Assembly: GCA_964601305.1 (NCBI GenBank)
Contig: CAZRMW010000005.1
Coordinates: 1-52,136 of the forward strand
Length of the DNA: 52,136 nt
DNA from: an uncultured Candidatus Saccharibacteria bacterium
Lineage (GTDB): Bacteria > Patescibacteriota > Minisyncoccia > JAHISW01 > Tagabacteraceae
Direction of reading: 5' to 3'
The notes under the pieces were generated by a model. It searched no databases and had not been told where the DNA came from. It saw only the letters and a program-made list of their open reading frames with translations. The translations under genes and the position numbers were made by a program. Positions within the stretch are counted from its first letter, which is position 1. Every line of letters begins with the position of its first letter. Of this stretch, positions 25,274 through 32,247 are shown piece after piece.

Positions 25274-25831
25274 ATGAAAAAACTTAAATCAATCAAAGAT
25301 TTTAATGCGGGCTTTACTTTGATAGAGCTTATCGTCGTAATGTTTATTTTGGTAACGTTAACCTCTATAACTTTAATTAATTACAGAAGTGGGGGCGCAA
25401 GCCATAGTTTAAGCAATACTTCTCAGAAGCTTATTTCGGATTTAAGAAAAGTGCAGAATTTGGCCATAAGCGGAGTAAATATAAAAGATGCTTATTGCGG
25501 ATATGGTATTTTGGTGGATACAAGCAGTGATCCTTATTCGTATATTATCTATGCTGATGAGACAGCTGTGTGTTCGGCTAGCAACAATAAGTACGATGCC
25601 GGAACAGATGTTGTGTTAGAAACAATAACGCTTATCGATAATATAAAAATAGACTCAGCTTCTCCAGATCCAGTAGATGTATTTTTTAAGCCACCCAGCC
25701 CAACAACATACATAAATGGCATAGCCTCTTTGAGTAGTGTGGCCACGATTGATTTAATTGCCGAAGGTTTTTCTGGTATTTCGACAAAAATAATTACTGT
25801 TAACGGCTCAGGCCTTATACAATCAGAATAA
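25274..25831 (+). CDS. Type IV pilin-like minor pilin (GspH/FimT-like)
   Basis: ORF 25265-25831; likely ATG 25274. Class III signal: MKKLKSIKDFNAG/FTLIELIVVMFIL. Confidence 0.75.
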   Translation: MKKLKSIKDFNAGFTLIELIVVMFILVTLTSITLINYRSGGASHSLSNTSQKLISDLRKVQNLAISGVNIKDAYCGYGILVDTSSDPYSYIIYADETAVCSASNNKYDAGTDVVLETITLIDNIKIDSASPDPVDVFFKPPSPTTYINGIASLSSVATIDLIAEGFSGISTKIITVNGSGLIQSE

Positions 25832-25834
25832 AGT

Positions 25835-25953
25835 TAGTAATTAGCCACTAGGTACCAGGGACTAGAAAAAATGAATAATAAAATAAATAAAAAAATTAAT
25901 AACTATACACTAAACACTAAGCACTATTCACTAAGCGAAGGTTTTTCTTTTGT
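25835..25953 (+). repeat. 119-bp leader cassette, copy 1
   Basis: Identical to 26434-26552 except for one position (C vs T). Covers about 36 nt upstream plus the first 27 codons of the minor pilin gene. Confidence 0.9.
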
Positions 25954-26431
25954 TGGTGTTTTGGTAACTACCTTTATTGTTTCTATTGGTCTTATTTCTG
26001 TTTTTACTACTTCAAATAGCGCATTAAGATCTACAAGCAATGCTGGCGCAAGGCTGGTGGCTTCTGGTTTGGCGCAAGAAGGGATAGAAATAGTTAGAGA
26101 TATAAGATCTGCAAACAGAAACTGGGAAGATTGGGAATGGTATTCTACTACAACCCCAATGACTCATCCGATAGGAACTTCAGAAGAGTATTGTGTACAA
26201 TACGATTCTACGGCTTTTTCTTCTTGTGGTGCTACAGAAAGTCCGCTTAAATTGGATTCAGGCACTTTTCTTTATCAGTATTCTTCGGGGGATGACACTT
26301 CGTATTATAGAAAAATTACCCTAACGAGAGTTTCTAATTATGAAGTGAAGGTAGAGTCTCAAGTGAGATGGCAAATTAAGGGGAGTTCTCGATCTTTAAC
26401 AGTTGAAGATAGATTATGGAAATGGCGTTAG
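25871..26431 (+). CDS. Minor pilin-like protein with long shared leader, lacks Glu5
   Basis: MNNKINKKINNYTLNTKHYSLSEG/FSFVGVLVTTFIV followed by a hydrophobic helix. Confidence 0.6.
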   Translation: MNNKINKKINNYTLNTKHYSLSEGFSFVGVLVTTFIVSIGLISVFTTSNSALRSTSNAGARLVASGLAQEGIEIVRDIRSANRNWEDWEWYSTTTPMTHPIGTSEEYCVQYDSTAFSSCGATESPLKLDSGTFLYQYSSGDDTSYYRKITLTRVSNYEVKVESQVRWQIKGSSRSLTVEDRLWKWR

Positions 26432-26433
26432 GC

Positions 26434-26552
26434 TAGTAATTAGCCACTAGGTACCAGGGACTAGAAAAAATGAATAATAAAATAAATAAAAAAATTAATA
26501 ACTATACACTAAACACTAAGCACTATTCACTAAGTGAAGGTTTTTCTTTTGT
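26434..26552 (+). repeat. 119-bp leader cassette, copy 2
   Basis: See copy 1. Confidence 0.9.
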
Positions 26553-26991
26553 AGAGCTTTTGGTGGCTGTGGCTATTTTTTCTACCTTAATATTAGCTAT
26601 GTCTAATATTATGCTTTCTATGGCAAGAACCCAAAGAATAATATTTTCTCTGCAAAATACTCAAGAAGCAGGAAGATTTATTTTAGAATCAATTACTAAA
26701 GAAATGAGAACAAGTACTTTCAATTCTCTTTCTGGCGACGGGACGACACTTAGTTTAACAAATGAAAAGGGAGACATAGAATATGTTTTTGATAACTCTA
26801 ATAATCTTATAACCAGAGAAGGAGTAAGAATAAGTCCGACAAATGTTGAAATTACAGGTCGTTTTTATGCAAGGGAATATACAAATCCAGACCATGTTGT
26901 GGTTAATACAGTAATGAAGGTAGAAACTACCATGGGAAAAGAAGAGGAACAAAAAGAATTATACTTACAAAGTAGCGTAGCTTTAAGATAA
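26470..26991 (+). CDS. Minor pilin (PulJ/PilW-like) with long shared leader
   Basis: MNNKINKKINNYTLNTKHYSLSEG/FSFVELLVAVAIF, with Glu at +5. Confidence 0.7.
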   Translation: MNNKINKKINNYTLNTKHYSLSEGFSFVELLVAVAIFSTLILAMSNIMLSMARTQRIIFSLQNTQEAGRFILESITKEMRTSTFNSLSGDGTTLSLTNEKGDIEYVFDNSNNLITREGVRISPTNVEITGRFYAREYTNPDHVVVNTVMKVETTMGKEEEQKELYLQSSVALR

Positions 26992-26995
26992 CGGG

Positions 26996-27078
26996 CTAGT
27001 GATTAGCCACTAGGGACTAGAAAAAATGAATAAAAAAATGAATAACTATACACTAAACACTAAGCACTATTCACTAAA
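26996..27078 (+). repeat. Leader cassette, copy 3 (shortened)
   Basis: ctagtgattagccactagggactagaaaaaatgaat...aataactatacactaaacactaagcactattcactaa. Same as copies 1 and 2 but lacking one 7-nt unit upstream and part of the Lys/Asn codons. Confidence 0.8.
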
Positions 27079-27463
27079 CAAAGGAGCTGTCTCAGTAATT
27101 ATTGCTGTTTCTATTTTAAGTATAATGTTTACTATTGGTGTGGGTGTGTCTACTTTAATAATTCAGCAATTTAGAGCGTCTAGCCAAATGGGGGACTCTG
27201 TGATTGCTTTTTATGCAGCAGAGGCGGGTGCGGAGAGATGTTTGTATCAATTTTTTTGCGTTCAAGATGTAGCTCCTACTGCAGATTGTATTGCTGAAGT
27301 TGGCGCAGGACTTGACCAGGGGTGTGCTGTAAGTGGGCAAATTACAGAAGTTTTAAATCCTTCTTTGGGGATTAGCTATACAGCTCAGTATAATGGAGTA
27401 GACACCATTACTTCTTTTGGTGAATACAGAAGCACAAGCCGAGCTCTTCAGCTTGATTTTTAG
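27026..27463 (+). CDS. Minor pilin-like (PilX/GspK-like, no Glu5) protein with related leader
   Basis: MNKKMNNYTLNTKHYSLNKG/AVSVIIAVSILSIMF. Confidence 0.5.
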   Translation: MNKKMNNYTLNTKHYSLNKGAVSVIIAVSILSIMFTIGVGVSTLIIQQFRASSQMGDSVIAFYAAEAGAERCLYQFFCVQDVAPTADCIAEVGAGLDQGCAVSGQITEVLNPSLGISYTAQYNGVDTITSFGEYRSTSRALQLDF

Positions 27464-27467
27464 GTTT

Positions 27468-27487
27468 TGCGGAGGCGAGAGGATTCG
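27468..27487 (-). repeat. 20-nt duplicate of the 3' end of tRNA-Ser(UGA)
   Basis: tgcggaggcgagaggattcg is identical to 27655-27674 (acceptor 3' strand plus T-arm 3' half plus 2 flanking nt). Confidence 0.85.
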
Positions 27488-27656
27488 GTCACAAATCACT
27501 AAGTATATTTCTTCTCCACCAAAGGCGGATCGAAATCTACAAAGTGTTCGCGACCCCGCCTCCTTCGCTTTGCTCAGTCCGGCCTTCGAATCCTCTTGCT
27601 CTTATCTACAACAACATCACAAAAACACCCGTTAAGGGTGTTCTTGCGATGTTATG

Positions 27657-27743
27657 CGGAGGCGAGAGGATTCGAACCCCTGGTCGCCTTGCGGCGACTC
27701 CGGTTTTCAAGACCGGTGCATTCAACCGCTCTGCCACGCCTCC
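27657..27743 (-). tRNA. tRNA-Ser(UGA)
   Basis: Reverse complement GGAGGCG TG GCAGAGCGGTTGAATGC ACCGGT CTTGAAA ACCGG, long variable arm AGTCGCCGCAAGGCGACC, T arm AGGGG-TTCGAAT-CCTCT, acceptor CGCCTCC, discriminator G. Confidence 0.9.
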
Positions 27744-27796
27744 AATCTAAAAGACTACCCTTAAGGTAGCTTTTTAGAATTATTTATAGTTTAGTG

Positions 27797-28015
27797 TTAT
27801 TTTTCCGTTTTTGCAATCTCTATGCTCTTTTTGCGCGCAATTACAAATATATAGAAAATTTCTAGAATAGCAAGTGTGTTTAATACAAGCATAGCGATAA
27901 ACCACCATTTTTGCCCTAATCTAGATGCTTTCCACAAAGCCACTCCTTTCCATGGTAATACCCAGAGGGTAAGAAGAATTAAAACCCAGAAATTATCTTG
28001 AAGAAGTTGTTCCAT
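27797..28015 (-). CDS. Small two-TM membrane protein (DUF5652-like)
   Basis: LWVLPWKGVALWKASRLGQKWWFIAMLVLNTLAILEIFYIF matches the pattern I associate with DUF5652. Confidence 0.6.
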   Translation of the reverse strand: MEQLLQDNFWVLILLTLWVLPWKGVALWKASRLGQKWWFIAMLVLNTLAILEIFYIFVIARKKSIEIAKTEK

Positions 28016-28029
28016 ATTTTTTATTTTTA

Positions 28030-28044
28030 TTCGCCTTAGGCGAA
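28030..28044. repeat. TTCGCC-N3-GGCGAA hairpin 15 nt upstream of the 28015 start codon
   Basis: TTCGCC (28030-28035), TTA, GGCGAA (28039-28044). Confidence 0.6.
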
Positions 28045-28091
28045 AATTAATCCTAATATAAAATTATTATAACACAAAATGGTAAATTTTT

Positions 28092-28544
28092 TTACGCAGC
28101 CTTTTTGATAACAATAGGTCTAATTTCATTTAGATTTTTTAATTCTGCTTCCCTGGACAATTTATCATTGTAATCTCCTATTTCCTTGTATTTTGGATCT
28201 TTTGTAAAATTCATGAGTATCATTATTTTGCTCATAAGATCGTGTGCTGTGGGAAGTGTACCAGTATTTTCGTCTTTTCTTATATTTTGAACTTTCAGGA
28301 TTTTTTTCAACAATCCTAATGGCATTTGGTGTAGGCGTGCATATTCTTCTGTTTCTTGCGGTGTCCAATTATTAACTAAGTTCTTAAGTGATGAACTTTT
28401 GATGATTTTTTTTAATTCTTTTATTGCTTTCTCTGTATCTATTTCTCCAGCGGTAATATTGTATTCTAGAATAACATCACCAATAGATTCTCCTTCTAAA
28501 CATTTTTCAGGCGTTTTTAGTTGTGATACTTTTTCTGGGTTCAT
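28092..28544 (-). CDS. Hypothetical protein
   Basis: 150-aa ORF in the same orientation as its neighbours. No motif recognised. Confidence 0.55.
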   Translation of the reverse strand: MNPEKVSQLKTPEKCLEGESIGDVILEYNITAGEIDTEKAIKELKKIIKSSSLKNLVNNWTPQETEEYARLHQMPLGLLKKILKVQNIRKDENTGTLPTAHDLMSKIMILMNFTKDPKYKEIGDYNDKLSREAELKNLNEIRPIVIKKAA

Positions 28545-28555
28545 AATTTAAGTTT

Positions 28556-28647
<92 letters not shown>

Positions 28648-28802
28648 ATACATATTACAATTTTATTCTCAAATCTTTTGGTAACGCAAAGTTTACCCTC
28701 AGCTAGCGCCTATTTTGTCTTCGGCAAGCTCAGACTCAATAACGGCGCTTGCCTCGCGCTTCGCTCGGCATCGCCTGAAAAGCAAATCAATTTGCTTTTC
28801 AG

Positions 28803-28820
28803 CTCAGGCACCTCTCCATA
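28803..28820 (-). repeat. 18-nt duplicate of the 5' end of tRNA-Ser(GCU)
   Basis: ctcaggcacctctccata is identical to 28633-28650 (first 15 nt of the tRNA plus 3 upstream nt). Confidence 0.85.
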
Positions 28821-28838
28821 TGGATAAAACTACCATTT

Positions 28839-29534
28839 TTACCTCGCTACTACAATCCCGATTACTTCTTTTGCTCCAGCTTTTTTGAGCACTTTTGCAG
28901 ACTCAAAAAGCGTAGCTCCTGTAGTGGAAACATCGTCCACTAGAAATACAGTTTTGTTTTTTACTTGCCCCACTTGACGGGGTTTAATACTAAAAACTCC
29001 TTTTAAATTTTTTAATCTTTCACCTCTATCCTTGATATCTACTTGAGAGGCTGTCTCTTTGATTTTATAAAGGACATTTTTATACATATCAACACCAATT
29101 TTGTCCGATAGGTGCTTGGCAATAAGCTCGGCCTGATTAAACCCACGTTGCCTCAAGCGTTTTTTAGAAAGTGGAACGGGCACAACTATCGACATCGGAT
29201 GTCGATAGTTGAGAAGGTTGGTTTTGTCTAAAAAAATGCGGGTGTGGATAAGGTCGGCAAATATTTTTGCAAGCCTTTTTACCTTCCTGTATTTTAGTTC
29301 TCTAATTGCTTTTTTGATCGTCTTTGAGCTGTAAGAAGTAGTAGGAAAAATTTTAATAGGATTTTCTACATATGTCGAAATAGGCATTGGCAAATTCTCT
29401 ATGCATTTTTTACAAATCAAAAAACCTTTTTCACCACAGCCCAAACATTTTTCTGGAAATATTATATTTAAAAAAATATTTATAAATCTTATCCACATAA
29501 AATAGCTTATTTTTATGGTATAATAAAACCACAA
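28839..29534 (-). CDS. comFC: ComF-family phosphoribosyltransferase-like competence protein
   Basis: N-terminal Cys4 (CLGCG...CKKC), GFNQAELIAKHL, PRT motif VFLVDDVSTTGATL. The start is possibly ATG 29498. Confidence 0.8.
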   Translation of the reverse strand: MWFYYTIKISYFMWIRFINIFLNIIFPEKCLGCGEKGFLICKKCIENLPMPISTYVENPIKIFPTTSYSSKTIKKAIRELKYRKVKRLAKIFADLIHTRIFLDKTNLLNYRHPMSIVVPVPLSKKRLRQRGFNQAELIAKHLSDKIGVDMYKNVLYKIKETASQVDIKDRGERLKNLKGVFSIKPRQVGQVKNKTVFLVDDVSTTGATLFESAKVLKKAGAKEVIGIVVAR

Positions 29535-29540
29535 AATGAG

Positions 29541-30668
29541 ATGGAAAACAATTTTTTCAATAAGATTCTGTCTAAGATTAAAAAAGGAGGTTTCCTAGAA
29601 AAAAGCCAAAGTATAATTGGTGTGGATATTGGTAGTTCTTCCATTAAAGTTGTGCAACTTAAAAAAGAAAAAGAAAGAGCCATGCTTGAGACTTACGGCG
29701 AGCTTTCGATAGGCCCATATGCTAAAAAATCGGTAGGGCAAGTGGTACAAATTTCTGAAGAAATGGCTGTAGCCATGCTAAAAGATCTTTTTGCAGAAGC
29801 AGGAGTAAATTCAAAAGAGGTGGCTTTCGCTATTCCTGTAAAAAGTAGTTTTATCACGGTTATAAAAGTACCCATGATGGAAAGCAAAAGCATGGATGAC
29901 ATCATCAAGTTTGAAGCTAGAAAATATATTCCCGTACCAATTGGAGAAGTAGAGATGGATTGGTGGGTAATTGGAGAAGACCAAAAAAAGAATGAAACAG
30001 AGCAAATAGGTCAGGTGGCGAAAGAAAAACAGCAAATGGTAGATGTTTTATTAGTTGTTATCTACAAAGAAATTATTGAAAAGTATAAAAATATTTCTAC
30101 CAAGCTTGGTTTAAACATAAAATTATTTGAAGTAGAAATATTTAGTGGATGGAGATCGCTTAGTTTCAGGCCTACAACTCCTGTGGCAGTTATAGACTTA
30201 GGTGCGCTTACAACAAAAATGAGCATAGTGGAAGCTGGAGTTTTAAAATCTTCACACACTACAAACAGAGGTTCACAAGCGATGACGGATTCGGTATCGA
30301 AGTCGTTGGGGATAAGTTTTGAAAGGGCAGAGGAGATGAAGCACCAGATAGGACTTTCTTTGGAGCCAGAACACAAGCAACTTGTTAATGTTTTGGAGAC
30401 ATCGTTAGATTTTATTTTTTCCGAAGCAAAACAATTTATACAGTCTTATGGTAGAAAGCATGGAAATCCGGTGGGGCAAGTAGTTTTATCGGGGGGAGGA
30501 GCGCTTTTAGGTGGAATTACAGGGGTGGCAGTAAAAAATCTTGGCGTAGAAGTAATACTAGCTGATCCATTTGTAAAAACAGATTATCCTCCATTTTTAC
30601 AAAATGTTTTAAAAGAAATTGGTCCAAGTTTTTCCACAAGTGTGGGGTTAGCATTAAAGGGGTTGTAG
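29541..30668 (+). CDS. pilM: Type IV pilus assembly protein PilM (actin-like ATPase fold)
   Basis: IGVDIGSSSIKVVQLKK..., VIDLGALTTKMSIV, VLSGGGA. Confidence 0.85.
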   Translation: MENNFFNKILSKIKKGGFLEKSQSIIGVDIGSSSIKVVQLKKEKERAMLETYGELSIGPYAKKSVGQVVQISEEMAVAMLKDLFAEAGVNSKEVAFAIPVKSSFITVIKVPMMESKSMDDIIKFEARKYIPVPIGEVEMDWWVIGEDQKKNETEQIGQVAKEKQQMVDVLLVVIYKEIIEKYKNISTKLGLNIKLFEVEIFSGWRSLSFRPTTPVAVIDLGALTTKMSIVEAGVLKSSHTTNRGSQAMTDSVSKSLGISFERAEEMKHQIGLSLEPEHKQLVNVLETSLDFIFSEAKQFIQSYGRKHGNPVGQVVLSGGGALLGGITGVAVKNLGVEVILADPFVKTDYPPFLQNVLKEIGPSFSTSVGLALKGL

Positions 30669-30685
30669 AAATAATTTAAAAATAT

Positions 30686-31264
30686 ATGGCTGAAAAACTT
30701 TCTTTTGTACCAAAAACAACATATTCGCCAACTTCCAAGGTTTCGTATAAAAGCCCTGGATTGGGTTTGTTTACAAAAATCTCAGTTTTATTCTTTGTTT
30801 TATCTGTAATTTCTTTGGTAGGTTCTTATGTTTATAAAGAATACTTAAATAGACAATTAGAAGATCTCTCAGTTTCACTAGAAAGAGCGAAGGCGGCTTT
30901 TGATGTGGAGCTTATAGATGAAATAAACAACCTTAGTTTGGAGGTAGACGCAGTAAAAGAAATTTTTTCAGAGCATCGTTTATCTAGTCGAATTTTTAGC
31001 GAGATAGAAAAAATTGCCTTAGGAGATGTAAGATTTACTAGGTTTGATTATTTTTATGGTCCAGATAAAGACACTAAAAACAATGTTATTACAGCATCTT
31101 TAACGGCTGAAGCAAAAAGTTATGAGACTCTGGCTCAACAAGTGAAGTCTTTCGAAGATAGCAATAAGATAGAGAGTTTTTCTTTTTCCAATTTTTTGTT
31201 AACACAATCAGGTAATGTAGCCTTTGATCTTGTTATGGTTTTTAAGCCATCAATTTTTGAGTAA
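30686..31264 (+). CDS. PilN-like bitopic pilus assembly protein
   Basis: Single TM after a short cytoplasmic N-terminus, then a coiled-coil. Position directly after pilM. Confidence 0.5.
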   Translation: MAEKLSFVPKTTYSPTSKVSYKSPGLGLFTKISVLFFVLSVISLVGSYVYKEYLNRQLEDLSVSLERAKAAFDVELIDEINNLSLEVDAVKEIFSEHRLSSRIFSEIEKIALGDVRFTRFDYFYGPDKDTKNNVITASLTAEAKSYETLAQQVKSFEDSNKIESFSFSNFLLTQSGNVAFDLVMVFKPSIFE

Positions 31265-31276
31265 ACAAAACAAATA

Positions 31277-31819
31277 ATGAAAAATATTATAAATAGCATA
31301 TTTTTAATTACAGCATTAGCAATGTTTTTTGTGTGGACTGTACCAATCTTTGATGATATTTCGAAAACACAAGCGGAGATAAATGATTTTAACGATATTT
31401 TAGACAGTTCTCGTGAGCTGGCAGATCTTAGAAACACAGTGCTTGCAAAGTATAATTCGATTACCAACGACGAATTTATAAAATTTTCAAATATTCTTCC
31501 GGAAGGACAAAGTGTAAATGATTATGTTGCTCAGCTGTCTAGTATTGCTAGTCAAAGAGGGGTGGTAATTAAAAAGTTAGATTTTGTAGAAGAAGCTCCA
31601 GACAGGCTGTTGTTTTCTAGTGAAGAAATAGACAACAGAAATTATAGAGTACTTACTTTTAGCTCCATTCTTATAGCTCCTTATAGAGGGTTTGTTTCTT
31701 TTTTATCAGATCTTGAAAAGAGTCTAAGGATAACCGATATAGACGAAATAGAATTTGCTACAAATCCAGAAAATTTTTATGAGTTTAAAGTAAAAGGTAA
31801 GATTTATTTCAAAAAATAA
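31277..31819 (+). CDS. PilO-like bitopic pilus assembly protein
   Basis: N-terminal TM plus coiled-coil. Position after the pilN-like gene. Confidence 0.45.
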   Translation: MKNIINSIFLITALAMFFVWTVPIFDDISKTQAEINDFNDILDSSRELADLRNTVLAKYNSITNDEFIKFSNILPEGQSVNDYVAQLSSIASQRGVVIKKLDFVEEAPDRLLFSSEEIDNRNYRVLTFSSILIAPYRGFVSFLSDLEKSLRITDIDEIEFATNPENFYEFKVKGKIYFKK

Positions 31820-31821
31820 AA

Positions 31822-32127
31822 ATGAATAACAAAAATAACATAATTTTTATTGTAATAGCTTTGATTGTCTTGGTCGCTGGGTATTTTGTTTATTCTGTTT
31901 ACATAAGTTCTCAAACTGGTTTAGTTGATAGTGAAGAGCATGTGTTGACTAAAGAAAGACTAGCTGTTAGTAAAGATTTTGTTGCCGCTATAAACAAAAT
32001 AAAAAAGGTGGAGGTAGATGTGGCTTTTTTTGACAGTAAAGATTTTAAATCTTTGGTAGATCTTACTCCAGAATTAGAAAAACCAGAAAAGGTTGGTAGA
32101 GAAAATCCGTTTTTGCCTTTAAGGTAA
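31822..32127 (+). CDS. Small bitopic membrane protein of the pilus operon
   Basis: 101 aa with an N-terminal TM. Start lies 2 nt after the previous stop. Confidence 0.5.
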   Translation: MNNKNNIIFIVIALIVLVAGYFVYSVYISSQTGLVDSEEHVLTKERLAVSKDFVAAINKIKKVEVDVAFFDSKDFKSLVDLTPELEKPEKVGRENPFLPLR

Positions 32128-32148
32128 AGTGAATTTGCCCGCAGTTTA

Positions 32149-32234
32149 GAGCGAAGCGAATAAATTGCGGTAGCAAAACCTTTACCCCGCCCTCCGTGGA
32201 GGGCGGGGTGCAAAAAATTATAATCGCTTCGCTC
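32149..32234. repeat. Nested palindromic GC-rich element
   Basis: Outer arms GAGCGAAGCGA (32149-32159) and TCGCTTCGCTC (32224-32234). Central hairpin CCCCGCCCTC-cgtg-GAGGGCGGGG (32185-32208). Confidence 0.8.
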
Positions 32235-32247
32235 ATTAATTTTTTGC

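Noticed and set aside
25835-27078. The 119-bp near-identical repeats considered as a CRISPR array or as DGR template/variable repeats.
   Set aside because: There are only three copies, each forming the 5' end of a pilin gene with about 600-bp unrelated spacers. No cas genes or reverse transcriptase are present, and the single mismatch (C/T) is not the adenine-specific pattern of a DGR.
27417-27750. Two plus-strand ORFs (72 and 68 aa) after the last minor pilin gene.
   Set aside because: They are read through the tRNA-Ser(UGA) gene, its partial duplicate and the terminator hairpin. There are no SDs, and the region is explained by the RNA features.
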